DNA of 64,000 nt. Source: Felis catus. Its lineage: Eukaryota. The stretch's first letter is position 1. Each line of letters opens with the position of its first letter. This document shows positions 12,181 to 25,715 of this stretch, piece after piece. The stretch lies in assembly GCF_018350175.1 (NCBI RefSeq), contig NC_058368.1, positions 125,366,001 through 125,430,000 on the forward strand, given 5' to 3'. The notes beneath the pieces were generated by a model, which worked only from the letters and a program-made list of their open reading frames with translations, had not been told where the DNA came from and ran no database searches. The position numbers and the translations under genes are program-made.

Positions 12181-13129
12181 CTCTAGAATACCTACCCCTA
12201 ACCCTTACCATTCCCCCATCAACTTTCCTAGTAATTGAGCCAACAGGTCAGTTTTGTAGACTTATATACAGAAGAGTTCCTATATGCAGATCTCAATTTA
12301 AAAGTATTATTCTGCTATTTGCATGTGAACTTTGGCTATGAGACTGGAGGGATTTCAGCTGCTAGTCCCTTACCAACACCTCTGTTTACAGTGATCAGCA
12401 GTGCCATGGCTTAACAATTCCAGCTAATGATACGCTGCTGGTTTCCAGCCAGTGCATAGTGATTTTTTCTATGAGAAGAAAGAAGCCTATAATCTTGTCC
12501 TTTCACTCCATTGACATTTATTAGTGCTTTTCAAAAAGGCAGTGACATAGATTAAGGAATTCAGGTTGCAGGTGCAGTTTCCACCATATTTTAGCTGTTG
12601 ATGGAATACGAGATTTTATGTGGCTGTCAGCAACTCCAGTTTCGTCATTGACAGTAATTGTGGGGTATATGAACATCAGAGATCCCTAAATTATAGTTTG
12701 ACACGTTACACAAATTAGGTCTTGATTAGTCCCTGGAGAGGTTTCGTAGTAATTGATTGAGAGAGGTGAACTGGCATACACACATACGTGTGTGTTCTTA
12801 CACACATAGATACACAATATGTGTGTATGTGTGTCTGCATATTCTGAAATGTTCCTCATTCCTAGGAAGTGATAAAGGCCCTATAAATGAACATGTAGGG
12901 TCTAGATTCTGAATTCACTAGCTCAGAGAATATTTATTGGGGTCACAAGTGTTTACTGAGGGCCTACGAGCTAAGCAGAGTATACTAATCAGTATGCTAT
13001 TGATTATTTGGGGGCTACTGAGGGTAATAGTCACTACCAGAGAACTTACTGCAGGAGTCCACAGGACTCCCAACCTAGCAGGGAACGGGAAAATGCTGAA
13101 AGGTTTTGCTGAAGAATCATAGTGCGGTG

Positions 13130-13370
13130 AGAAGTATATGGAATATTGAGTTACAAGATAAGACCTGAATCTGAGTCCTAGAAACCATCATTCACTAGCT
13201 GCTATGACTTCAGATATGTTCATTAGCATAGTTTCCAAACCTATAATAATGGTGTTAATAGCGATACAAATAATAATCTTAAACTTGTAGGGTTGTTTAG
13301 AGGATTTGAGATGACATACCTAACAGCAATTTTATTAATACAAAACACCTTTATAAATATTATTTAACTT
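13130..13370 (+). mobile_element. MIR
   Basis: agacctgaatctgagtccta..cactagctgctatgactt..gtagggttgtttagaggatttgagatga. Confidence 0.55.
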
Positions 13371-13552
13371 CCTGATTAATAAATACTTTGGCTCTAGGGA
13401 ATTGTTACTTATAGTTTATACATATAGGGTGACAATTTTCAAAGAACAATTGAACATGAAATACATTAATAGTAAAATTCCACTGAAAATTTGATAGTTT
13501 TGGATTACTCTGAACACATTTTAGTTTAGGTTTTTAATGTGGCTTGTCATTA

Positions 13553-13601
13553 TTTTTTAAAAAAAATTTTAAATGTTTATTTATTTTGAATGTGGGGGAG
13601 G

Positions 13602-13658
<57 letters not shown>

Positions 13659-13818
13659 TGGAGGAGCGGCAGAAAGGGAGGAAGAGAGAATCCCAAGTAG
13701 GCTCTGCCCTGTCAGTGTAGAGCTCTATGTGGGGCTCGATCTCATGAATCAAGAGAGCACGAGCTGAGCTGAAATCAAGAGTCAGACACTTTACTGACTG
13801 AGCCACCCAGATTGCCCT
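13553..13818 (-). mobile_element. Can-SINE (older subfamily)
   Basis: (GA)n, agagaatcccaag..ctgaaatcaagagtcagacac..agccacccag. Confidence 0.93.
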
Positions 13819-14603
13819 AACATGGCTTGTAATTCTAAATTGCCACACTGATTACTCTAGAAGATATGGGAGACTAGGATAATCAGTTTATCCTTGGGAT
13901 GAACAAAAAAAGACAAAATTTTTTATACAGTGTTTTAAAATGGACCCTGTCCTTTCTGTGATCTTCATAGATGCTCTAATGATAGTCTATAACTAAAACC
14001 TAACATCTCTTGCAATTTGCTTAGTAGATTCTATTAACTGCTAGGCTAGGCTAGACCAAAGAGACTGGTCCATGTTCAAGGATGGGTGAGAATGATGCCT
14101 TGGAGGTTGCTTTTACTTGTTTTTCTCTATGGTGGATTATCAGCAGTATAAAGGATACATATAATATATGACCTGAGTGGATGTGGGTTCCATTGCTTCC
14201 TTTGTTTTTCATGGAGATGCCTTCACAATTTGTTGGCCTTGGCCAACCTTGATAAGTTGAAAGTTTGTCTGCTTGAAAGAGCACAGAATCAACTGCCTTT
14301 TATATCTGGCATCCATAAGTATCTTATTTGGGCATATAATGAAACCATTTGCCCTCCCTCTCAGCAAGCTGAGTCTCTGAAATCCAGGCTTTGGGGCTTG
14401 AAATTCTAACTGGTCCTGCACTGTGACAATATACTCTGGCCAGGCTATGGGCTACCTTGTTCTTAGAGGGACAGTTCTTTCATTAGCTGTGTGAATTTAG
14501 GGTATCTAAAACACATACCTGGGTTTATGGTCTACTTTAAACTCTGTTGTTTAGATGAGACAGGTAGAAACAATGTTAAACATTCAAGAATTCAGGATTT
14601 AAT

Positions 14604-14794
14604 GGGGTGCCTGGATGGCTTAGTCAGTTGAGTGCCCGATTTTGGCTCGGGTCATGATCTCACAGTTTGTGAGTTCGAGCCCCGCGTTGGACTCTGTGCT
14701 GACAGCTCAGAGCCTGGAGCCTGTTTTGGATTCTGTGTCCCCCTCTCTCTGTCCTTCTCTTTCTTTCTCTCTTTCTCAAGAATTAAAATAAAGA
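14604..14794 (+). mobile_element. Can-SINE (host of the next SINE)
   Basis: SINE body with its tail interrupted by a second SINE. Confidence 0.93.
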
Positions 14795-15012
14795 GGGGCG
14801 CCTGGATGGCTCAGTCGGTTAAGCGGCCGACTTCGGCTCAGGTCGTGATCTCACGGTCTGTGAGTTTGAGCCCCGCGTCGGGCTCTGTGCTGACAGCTCA
14901 GAGCCTGGAGCCTGTTTCAGATTCTGTGTCTCCCTCTCTCTGCCCCTCCCCCGTTCATGTTCTGTCTCTCTCTGTCTCAAAAATAAATAAATGTTAAAAA
15001 AAATTTAAAAAA
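14795..15012 (+). mobile_element. Can-SINE inserted in the tail of the preceding SINE
   Basis: Own TSD AAGAATTAAAAWAAAGA at 14778-14794 and 15013-15029. Confidence 0.93.
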
Positions 15013-15704
15013 AAGAATTAAAAAAAAGAATTAGGGAGTTAGTTCATTGGATTTACAGTGATCCTGTTTTAAAATATAATTTCCCCTGAGAGGGCACCAG
15101 CGTGTTATTCAGAATTAGTTTTTATCTGCTTTATTAGATTTCTTCCATAATGGGACCAAGGCTGCCTAAGCACATTGGATCACTGTGGAATGAAATGAAG
15201 TTTAGAAAGGTGGGTGACTGGGCAAAAAGCGTAAATAGAGTTCACTACAAATATATTTACGTCCTTTATGATTTTGTTTAGGGCCTGTCTAGCCAAGATA
15301 ACTGCTTCTTTGGCTTTCTCTACAGTCAGTCTTGCATTTTTCCTCTAAAAGCAAACTTAGTGGAATTGTTCACAGTGGAACATTAGAGCCTGCTCTAGGC
15401 AGTGGCTGAACAGGTAGCCCCAGCTGCTGCCTCTCAGTCAGTCACTGCTGTCAGGTGCAGAGCAGCATTTCCATTGCTGAAGGACATCCTTTCCCAAATG
15501 GCTTGTTGGTTTTTAAGGAATAAAGGTTGGGTTTATATGTGTGCCCAGTTTGTCAAAAGTGGTTTAGGAATTCTCTCTATGCCTTGTTTCTCAGCAATGG
15601 CCGTGGATGAGTATTACTTCTTTCAAAGTGAGTTGGAGACTGGGCCCATGACTAGAAGAACTAATAGCCAAAGAACTTTGGAAAAATGTATAGATTATCT
15701 CCAT

Positions 15705-16580
15705 ATATCCATCCATCCATCTACCCATCCATCTATTCATCCATATATCCAGTCTTCCCACCTTACTAATTTCACAAGTGTTTATTGAATACCTGTTACT
15801 GTGCAGGGCACTGGTTAAATGCTATCGATCTAGCAATAAGTTAGATGTGGTTTCCAACATTAAGGATTTAATACAAGAGGTAAAACTTATGTGCACTAAA
15901 TTTACATATTCAGTGAGCATTCATTATAATCTGCTGCCCATGCAGTATATCTTACCTATATTAAAACATTGAGAAGACACAGTCTCTGTCTTCATCAAGC
16001 TTGCACCGTGTGACTGGATTAGTTAAATAACCAAAATAACTCTGAATAAAGTCATATTATGATACAAGACATGAAGGAGACACAAAGATAATGCTTTGGG
16101 AATGAGCAGGAAGGTCATACATTTAGTTGAGTGGTACTGAGGGGAAAGTGAAAGTCTTGAAGAAGGCGAATTTGAGCTTAGAGATAGAAGATGGATTGGG
16201 TGAAGAGAGATGGAGTTACTGGGGGGAGCAAAGACATAGAAGCAGGGAATGTTTAGGGGAGAATGAGATGTCCAGTTTAAATGAATGTAAGAGTACAGAG
16301 ATGGGAGTAGCAGGAAAGTGGAACATCTGGAATCATTGGAGATATGTTGAAGGTTGTCAAGTGGGTGCGTGACCTGAGAGGAGCTGAGAACTGGGAACTG
16401 GCAGCGACTCACAAAAATGAGGCAGAGGAAGTAGAGATGGTAGGTGGAGAGATCCATTCAGGAAGCAGTTAAAATGGCTCTCAGAGAGAGGTAAATCATG
16501 TTTAAACTAAAGAGGAGTAGAAAGAAGTTTCAGGTTTAGGGACCTTGCAGAATCTCTGTTATTTGGCAACTAATTAGACA
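15705..16580 (-). mobile_element. L2 fragments with (ATCC)n-like 3' end
   Basis: catccatcc repeats then aagtgtttattgaatacctgttactgtgcagggcactg, typical of an L2 3' end; purine-rich L2 body follows. Confidence 0.55.
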
Positions 16581-16619
16581 ATACATTTCCATAGCAATAT
16601 TTAAAAAGAAGAAGAGAAA

Positions 16620-16805
16620 ATAATTATTGAGCTCTTTTTATGTGCCACACACTGTGCTAAATGGGTTTTCTCATTTAATTTTCATGGCAACTGTTTATGG
16701 TAGGGAATTTTATTATCTGCACATTACTGATGAGGAAAAGGCATTTTCTAGAGGTTAAGGTACTGGTTAGGTCACTTATCTTTACATGACTGAGTCTGGA
16801 TTAGA
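16620..16805 (-). mobile_element. MIR
   Basis: attattgagctc..tatgtgccacacactgtgctaa..gatgaggaaa..agaggttaag. Confidence 0.65.
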
Positions 16806-17009
16806 GTTGCCATCAGTCAGCCAGCAGGCCACTCTGTGTCTCCAGGCTACAGCCCAATAGAACAGCCTCTGCAAAGCCTTTTTGCATATGGTTTTTATGC
16901 TCTAAACAAGAACAACAATGGCTTTGCACTAAATAAATATAAGATCGATGTTATTTTCCATACATAAATGAATATTTAATGGATGTTGTATTATTAATTT
17001 TCTTTCTAT

Positions 17010-17232
17010 CCCTTGGGGCCAGACTGCCTGGCCTTGATTTCCATCCAGCTCTGTCAGTGACTAGCTGTGTGCTTTTGGGAAAGTCACTCAACTCCTGTGT
17101 GCCTCAGTTTCCTCATCATAGTGAATATAGTAATAGTACCCTCTTACAGAGTAGTTGAACAGATTACATGAGGCAAACCCTTTGAACAGTGCCTGTCACA
17201 AAGTATGTGCTATGTATAATAGTTATTATTAT
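17010..17232 (+). mobile_element. MIR
   Basis: ctagctgtgtgcttttgggaaagtcactcaactcctgtgtgcctcagtttcctcatc MIR core. Confidence 0.8.
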
Positions 17233-17997
17233 TGGATTACTTGGAAGTTGCTAATTTCTGCCTCCTCATATTTTCCTTTTAGGGCCTGCCTCTGCTATCC
17301 TACCCCCCACCTCTGCAGCCTACCTCCTCCATCAGCTCTTATACAGATCTCAGTAACTTTTCTGTTGTCGAATGTCATAATAGCCCAGTTCTAAGGCGTC
17401 TTGCTTTATCTCTTCCAAGTCTTTGCGGTTAATGTGGAGGCAGTCTGTTTTCACTGGCAATTGTCTGGACAATACAGTCAGACAGAAGTAGGTTCAAATG
17501 CTGGTTTTATCATTTAATCACTATTTGACCTTGGACAAGTTAGTCATCTTCCCTTTCTTAATTAAAGCAATACTGGGTGATGTATGTAACCAATAAACTT
17601 TCAAGGCACAGCCTTGATCCAGGAGAAGCTTATTTTTAGTAGAGTAAGAAAACAAACAAACAAACACAACAGGTGTTCCTGAGTAGAGGGAGAATGCAGG
17701 TGTCTTTTCAGGTTGTGGTCTCCTGTAGAAGAGAAAGGAGCATGGAGAATGATGTTTGGTAGTTTTCAGGGCCAAAACTTAGAGTTGTCTCATCACTTTG
17801 ACTCACTTTGTAAAGACAGTAAGCCTTTATTGTCACACTTGTGGGTTTTCAGGTTGGCTGCAGCCTCACTGATTTGGGCTTGGCTGGGTGGCTTGGTCTC
17901 AGGTCCACTCCCCATGTGTTCATCCTTGGGTTCAGGCTCAAAGGACAGAAGCTACCTGAAGGAAGCTCTTCTCAAGGTGATGGCAGGACCATAGGAG

Positions 17998-18420
17998 GTC
18001 TATTTATTTCCTAGGGCTGCCATAGCAAAATACCACAAACTGGGTGGTTCAAAATAACATAAATTGATTCATTCACAGTTCTGGAGGCTAGAAGTCTAAA
18101 ATCAAGACATCAGTAGGGCCATGCTCCATCTAAAGCCTCTAGAGAAGAATTCTTCCTTGCTTCTTCCAGCTTTTGGTGGCTTCAGGTGTTTCTTGGCTTA
18201 TGGCAACATAACTCCAAACTGTCTCCATTATCTAGGTTGGTGTTCTCTGTAGGTCTGTGTTCTTTTTTGTCTCTTATTGGATTTAGGGTGCACATTACTT
18301 CGGTATGATCTCATCTAAATCTTTACCTTATATCTGTGAAGCCCCTATTTCCAAATAAGGTCACATTCTGAGGTTCCAGATAGATGTGGTTTTTTGGGGG
18401 GACATTATTCTACTTACTAC
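17998..18420 (-). mobile_element. MaLR solo LTR (MLT1C-like), probably nested in an older LTR relic (about 17810-18595)
   Basis: tttcctagggctgccatagcaaaataccacaaactgggtgg..cacagttctggaggctagaagtct..tttccaaataaggtcacattctgagg. Confidence 0.8.
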
Positions 18421-20703
18421 TAGAGAAGAAGACCAACCAGACAAATGCATCACATGTGCTTATCATGGCCAAAGCAGGTCACATGGCTAAGCCCAAAGTG
18501 AAGGGGCAGGGAAGTAGAACTCACCCCTAGTGGAAGGGTGGCATAGGGAGAGGTAAAGAAATGGGCCAATAATTAAACCCATCACAAGAGCATAGTTTGC
18601 TGTGAGCCCAGAAGTAGAGGAGATTGGTTGGTGGCTCTGTAATAGTCCTAGACCTCCACACCCTCCTCTGTGTAATGGATTTTTGGGGAAGTACATGTCT
18701 CATGGGGATTATGGATATTAAGTGACAATATATGTGAGCTGCTTAGGACAGTATGTGGCATATAGTAAGCACTAAATTAATGTTAATGATTATTGTCTTT
18801 ATAGAACTTCCATTCCTCCTCTTCCATCTGCTTCACTTCTGTTTATTATTCTCTTTGTTTCCCCCCATCTTTTCCTAATTTTCATGAACACAATTAATTT
18901 CCATTTTACATAATTCACATAAACTAGAAAAGAAATTTTCCTGGTGATGAATCCTGTTACGTTAGAATTTAGAATAAGGAAGTCTCAATTATACGGAGAG
19001 AGAATTATTTAGGACATTAACTGTGAAGACAGTGCATAACAATGGGCAATTAACAAGGTAGACAAGTGCTTTGACCTCCTGCAAGGGAGATTGCTGTGAG
19101 TGCAAGTATTTGGTGAGGCTATCACAAAAGGAGTGGGAATCAAGCTGAAGCATTACCTTTACTGAGCAGAAATAATCCAACTCAGTTTTGAAGCAAAGTT
19201 GATCAGATAAGGACAACATGGAAAAGGATGCTGTGTCATTACCCAGGCTGGCCTCTTGGCTGAGAGTTAAGTACAAGTACCGTGGGAGCAATTATACTGT
19301 TTGGAATATGAGTTGTTCTATGCTAATGAGTCATATTTTATCATTTCCGGGAATTGATGCCAAGAAAGGGACTGTTGTCACATAAAAGCCTTTAATAAAA
19401 ACTATTTATTTGGTGGAGTCTTTATGTTTCACTTTTGTACCAAAATAATTTCTGAATGATGATTCACTACCAACCTACATGGCAGGCACAGACGCAGCCA
19501 ATGTGAAATGATGTTAACACTCATTGTTTTCATTTTAAAGAGCTAGCATGCGGCTTTTGCTAAGGTCTCAGGATTTCTTGAGATTTCTATGAAAGCAGAA
19601 CTGCAACCCAGGCAGAGTGTTATGGGAAAGGATATGACTTTTTAAGGACTGCATGCTTAGTTGAAGTGCACAGGAAGCCCAAACACTGCAAATAGACCCA
19701 GGGACTCTTGGTTTTCTTTTGGCTGTGGATGATGTTTGTAATCCTGAAAACAGAGAGCAATTGTTTCTACTAGCTATATGAGTTCAAATTTCTGATTTGG
19801 TTTAAATGTAAACTTTTATGTTAAGATAGTAAAATGGGTTCCCCTGGAAAGCATGGAGCAGGCTTCCCCGTGTTCAACATGCTTCTGTGCAGAGCAACAA
19901 TCTCTTCTAGCCAAGAGAAGTGGGTGTGGGTTACAAACTTGAAGCCCTTAGCTGAAGATGGAAAAAGGGCTCTTAGACTTTGAAGTGGGAAGCAGCCTCA
20001 CCCAACAGAGGACAGAGCTGTAAGAAGCCCTTGCAGGAAGTTTTGCACATGTGTCACCTGGAGAGTGAGGGATCACCCTTCTGTCACTGAACTCTGGGTC
20101 CAGGAGGTGATCATGTGCTTCTTGGTCCCTTGTCCACCATCCACGAGCCTGTGTGTGTGGTGTGGGGGGAAAGGGTGGGGAACAGAGGTGGGTGTGGATG
20201 TGTAAAATAGGGGATGGAGAGGAGCCTGGAATACCAAGACCAAGGGTAAGGTGTCAGTGATCTGCTTTCCCTTGTGCTTTACTGCTATGTCAATGGCATT
20301 CAAATGCGTGCATTTAGCTTTTCCTTATTTTTTAAAAAAATTATTTATTATTTAATTTATATCCAAGTCTGTTAGCATATGGTGCAAGAATGATTTCAGG
20401 AGTAGATTCCTTAATGCCCCTTACCCATTTAGACCATCCGCCCTTCCACAATCCCTCCAACAGCTTTCTGTTTGTTCTCTATGTTTAAGAGCCTTTTATG
20501 TTTTGTTCCCCTCCCCGTTTTTATATTATTTTTGCTTCCCTTCCTTTATGTTCATCTGTTTTGTATCTTAAAGTCCTCATATGAGTGAAGTCATGATATT
20601 TGTCTTTCTCTGACTAATTTCGGTTAGCATAATCTCCTCCAGTTCCATCCACGTAGTTGCAGATGGCAAGATTTCATTCTTCTTGCTTGCCAAGTAATAC
20701 TCC

Positions 20704-20705
<2 letters not shown>

Positions 20706-20748
<43 letters not shown>
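20706..20748. repeat. (TG)n microsatellite in L1
   Basis: About 21 TG units. Confidence 0.95.
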
Positions 20749-20750
<2 letters not shown>

Positions 20751-23674
20751 CGCCTCTTCTTTACCCAAATCATCCGTCAATGGACATTTGGGCTCTTTCC
20801 ATATTTTGGCTATTGTTGATAGTGCTGCTATAAACATTGGGGTGCATGTGCCCCTTCAAAACAGTATACCTGTATCCTTTGGATAAGTACCTAGTAGTGC
20901 AGTTTCTGGGTTGTAGGGTAGTTCTAGTTTTAATTTTTTGAGGAACCTCCATACTGTTTTCCAGAGTGGCTGCATCAGTTTGCATTCCCACCAGCAGTGC
21001 AAAAGAGATCCTCTTTCGCTGCATCCTCGCCAACATCTGGTGTTTCCTGAGTTGTTAATGTTAGTCATTCTGACAGGTGTGAGGTGGTATCTCATTGTGG
21101 TTTTGATTTGTATTTCCCTGATGATGAGTGATGTTGAGCATTTTTTTCATGTGTCTGTGAGCCATATGGAGGTCTTCTTTGGAAAAGTGTCTATTCATGT
21201 CTTTTGCCCATTTCTTCACTGGGTTATTTATTTTTTAGGTATTGAGTTTGATAAGTTCTCTATAGATTTTGGACACTAATCCTTTATCTGATATGTCATT
21301 TGCAAATATCTTCTCCTATTCTGTCGGTTGACTTTTAATTTTGCTGGTTGTTTTCTTCGCTGTGCAGAAGCTTTTTATTTTCATGAGGTCCCAATAGTTC
21401 ATTTTTGCTTTTGTTTCCCTTGCCTCTTCAGACGTGTTGAGTGAGAAGTTGCTGTGGCTGAGGTCAAAGAGGTTTTTGCCTGCTTTCTCCTGGAGGACTT
21501 TGATGGCTTCCTGTCTTACATTTAGGTCTTTCATCCATTTTGAGTTTATGTTTGTGTATGGTGTAAGAAAGTGTTCCAGGTTCATTCTTCTGCATGTGGC
21601 TGTCCAGTTTTCCCAGAACCATTTGCTGAAGAGACTGTTTCTATTCCATTGGATATTCTTTCCTGCTTTGTCAAAGATTAGTTGGGCATACATTTGTGGG
21701 TCCATTTCTGGGTTCTCTATTCTGTTCCATTGATCTGAGTGTCTGTTCTTGTGCCAATACCATATTGTCTTGATGATTACAGCTTTGTAATACTTCTTAA
21801 AGTCTGGGAGTGTGATGCCTCCAGCTTTGGTTTTCTTTTTCAAGATTGCTTTGGCTATTCGGGGTCTTTTCTGGTTTCATACAAATTTTAGGATTATTTG
21901 TTCTAGCTCTATGAAGAATGCTAGTCTTTCTTTGACAGGGATTGCATTGAATATGTAGATTGCTTTGGGTAGTATCGACATTTTAATAATATTTGTTCTT
22001 CCTATCCAGGAGCATGGAATCTTTTCCCATTTTTTTGTGTCTTCTTCAATTGCTTTCATAATCTTTCTATAGTTTTCAGTGTACAGATTTTTCACCTCTT
22101 TGGTTAGATTTATTCCTAGGTATTTTATGGTTTTTGGTGCAATTATAAATAGGATCAATTCCTTGATTTCTCTTTCTGTTGCTTCATTATTGGTGTATAG
22201 GAATGCAACCGATTTCTGTGCATTGATTTTATACCTTGGGACTTTGCTGAATTCATGGATTAGTTCTAGCAGTCTTTTGGTGGAATCTTTTGGGTTTTCC
22301 ATATAGAGTATTATGCCATCTGCAAAGAGTGAAAGTGTGACCTCCTCCTGGCCAATTTGGATGCCTTTTATTTCTTTGTGTTGTCTGATTGCAGAGGCTA
22401 AGACTTCCAATACTATGTTGAATAACAGTGGTGAGAGTGGACATCCCTGTCTTGTTCCTGACCTTAGAGGGAAAGCTCTCAGTTTTTCCCCATTGAGGGT
22501 GATATTAGCAGTCGTCTTTCATATATAGCTTTTATGATCTCGAGTTATGATCCCTCTATCTCTACTTCTTGAGGGTTTTTATCAAGAAAGGATGCTATAT
22601 TTTGTCAGATGCTGTCTCTGCATCTATTGACAGGATCATGTGGTCCTTGTCCTTTCTTTTATTAATGAGATGTATCACATTGATTGTTTTGCAGGTACTG
22701 AACAAGACCTGTATCCCAGATTAAATTCCACTTGGTTGTGGTGAATAATTCTTTTAATGTATTGTTGGATCCGATTGGCAATATCTTGTTGAGATTTTTG
22801 ACATCCATGTTCATCAGGGAAATTGGTCTATAGTTCTCATTTTTAGTGGAGTCTCTGTCTGGTTTTGGAATCAAGGCAATGCTGGCTTCATAGAATGAGT
22901 TTGTAAGTTTTCCTTCCATTTCTAGTTTTTGGAACAGCTTCAAGAGAATAGTGTTAACTCTTCTTTAAATGTTTGATAGAATTCTCCTGGAAAACCATCT
23001 GGCCCTGGAGTTGGTGTTTTTGGGAGATTTTTTATTACTAATTAGATTTCTTTATTGGTTATAGGTCTGTTCACATTTTCTGTTTCTTCCTGTTTCAGTT
23101 TTGATAGTTGATATATTTCTAGGAATTTGTCCATTTCTTTCAGATTGCCTGTTTTATTAGTGTATAATTGCTCGTAATATTCTCTTATTATTGTTTTTAT
23201 TTCTGCTGTGCTGGTTGTGATCTCTCCTCTTTCATTCTTGATTTTATTTATTTGCGTCCTTTCCTTTTTCTTTTTGATCAAACTGGCTAGGAGTTTATCA
23301 ATTTTGTTAATTCTTTAAAAGGACTATCTTCTGGTTTCATTGATTTGTTCTACTGTTTTTGTTGTTGTTGTTTGTTTGTTTGTTTGTTTTTGTTTCTGGT
23401 AGCATTGATTTCTGCTCTAATCTTTATTATTTCTTATTTTCTGCTGGTTTGGGGTTTTATTTGCTGTTCTTTTTCCAGCTCTTTAAGGTGTAAGGTTAGG
23501 TTGTGTATCTGAGACCTTTCTTCCTTCTTCAGGAAGGCCCGGATTGCTATATACTTCCCTCTTATGACTGCCTTTGCTGCATCCCAGAGGTTTTGGGCTG
23601 TGGGGTTATGATTTTCATCGACTTCCATGTACTTTTTAATTTCCTTTTTAATTTATTGGTTAGTCCTTTCATTC

Positions 23675-23707
23675 TTTAAAAAAATTTTTTTACAATGTTT
23701 ATTTATT

Positions 23708-23751
<44 letters not shown>

Positions 23752-23916
23752 CGAGCAGGGGAGGGGCAGAGAGAGAGGGAGACATAGAATCCGAAGCAGG
23801 CTCCAGGCTCTGAGCTGTCAGCACAGAGCCTGACACGGGGCTCGAACATGCAAACCATGAGATCATGACCTGAGCTGAAGTTGGACACTTAACTGACTGA
23901 ACCACCCAGGAGCCCC
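23675..23916 (-). mobile_element. Can-SINE nested in L1 ORF2
   Basis: SINE body; degenerate TSD gtcctttcattcttta / gtcatttcattgttta. Confidence 0.94.
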
Positions 23917-24788
23917 GGTCATTTCATTGTTTAGTAGGATGTTTTTTGGTCTCCAAGTATTTGTTATCTTTCCAAATTTTTTTTTTTTGTGGTTGATTTC
24001 GAGTTTCATAGTGTTGTGGTCTGAAAATATGGATGGTATGATCTTGATCTTATTGTGCTTGTTGAGGGCTGATTTGTGTCCCAGAGTGTGATCTTTTCTG
24101 GAGAATGATCCATATGCACTTGAGAAGAATGTATATTCTGCTGCTTTAGGATTAAATGTTCTGAATATATCTGTTAAGTCCATCTGGTCTAGTGTGTCAT
24201 TCAAAGCCATTGTTTCCTTATTGATTTTGTGTTTAGATGATCTGTCCATTGTTGTAAGTGGGGTGTTGAAGTCCCCTACTATTATGGTATTATTATCAAT
24301 GAGTTTCTTTATGTCTGTGATTAATTGTTTTATATATTTGGGTGTCTCATGTTTGGAGCATAAATGTTTACAATTGTTAGGTCTTCTTGGTGGATAGACC
24401 CCTTAATTATGATATAATAGCCTTGTTCACATTTTGTTACAGTCTTTATTTTAAATTCTAGATTGTCTGATCTAAGGATGGGTACTCTGGCTTTCTTTTG
24501 TTGACCATTAGCATGATAGATGGTTCTCCATCCCCTTACTTTCACTCTGAAGGTGACTTTAGGTCTAAAGTGGGTCTTTTGTAAACAGCATGTAGCTGGA
24601 TCTTGTTTTCTTATCCATTCTGTTACCTTATGTGTTTTGATTGGAGCATTGAGTCCATTGATGTTTACAGTGAGTACTGAAAAATATGAATTTATTGCCT
24701 TATGATGCTTGTAGAGTTGGAGTTTCTGGTGGTGTTCTCTGGTCCTTTCTAATCTTTGTTGCTTTGGTATTTATTTCTTTCTCTCTCT

Positions 24789-24790
<2 letters not shown>

Positions 24791-24835
<45 letters not shown>
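24791..24835. repeat. (TA)n microsatellite in the L1 inter-ORF spacer
   Basis: About 22 TA units. Confidence 0.95.
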
Positions 24836-24838
<3 letters not shown>

Positions 24839-24851
24839 ATCTTTTCTCCCC

Positions 24852-25715
24852 TCAGAGAGTCCCCCTTAAAATTTCTTGCAGGGCTGGCTTAGTGGTCACA
24901 AACTCCTTTAATTTTTGTTTGTTTGGGAAACTCTTAATCTCTCCTATTTTGAATGACAGCCTTGCTGGATAAAGAATTCTTGGCAGCATATTTTTCTGAT
25001 TCAGCACATTGAATATATCCTGACACTCCTTTCTGGCCTGCCAAGTTTCTGTGGATGGGTCTGCTGCAAACCTGATCTGTCTTCCCTTGTAGGTTAAGGA
25101 CTTTTTTCTTTTTGCTACTTTCACCATTCTTTCCTTGCCTGAGTATTTTGTGAATTTGACTATGATATGCCTTGTTGATGGTTGGTTTTTGTTGAAACTA
25201 ATGGGAGTACTCTGTGCTTCCTGGATTTTGATGTCTGTGTCTTTCCCTGGGTTAGGAAAGTTTTCCACTGCTATATGCTCACATAACCCTCCTACCCCGT
25301 TTTCTCTCTCTTCATCTTCTGGGACCCCTATGATTCTGATGTTATTTCTTTTTAATGAGTCACTGATTTCTCTAATTCTTAAATCGTGCTCTTTTGCCTT
25401 AATCTCTCTCTTTTTTTCCTGCTTCATTATTCTCCATAAGTTTGTCCTCTATATTGCTGCTTCACTGCTCTGCCTCACCCATGCTTGCTGCCATGGCATC
25501 TATTGGAGATTGCAGCTCATTTTTAGCATGTTTTATTTCATCCTGACTAGCTTTTACTTCTTTTATCTCTGCAGAAAGGGATCCTAATATATTTTCAACC
25601 CTCGCTAGTATTCTTATTATCATGATTCTAAATTCTGGTTCAGACATCTTGCTTATATCTGTGTTGATTAAGTCCCTGGCTGACATTTCTTCATGTTCTT
25701 TCTTTTGGAGTGAAT
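24852..25715 (-). pseudogene. Frameshifted L1 ORF1
   Basis: KRNNIRIIGVPE, RHIIVKF, PRILYPARLSF, KPALQEIL motifs split over two ORFs. Confidence 0.9.

Larger units (their letters stand above)
20577..24700 (-). pseudogene. Disrupted L1 ORF2 (endonuclease and RT)
   Basis: ORF pieces with EN motifs (NIYAPN, YTFFS, FSDHN) and RT motifs (YRPISL, LFADG in place of FADD); SINE and (TG)n insertions. Confidence 0.9.

Noticed and set aside
12775..12835. Inverted CA/TG hairpin
   Set aside because: Low-complexity microsatellite decay.
14604..15041. Second tandem SINE pair as another mobile dimer
   Set aside because: The downstream SINE has its own 17-bp TSD (14778-14794 / 15013-15029), so this is ordinary sequential insertion into a tail.
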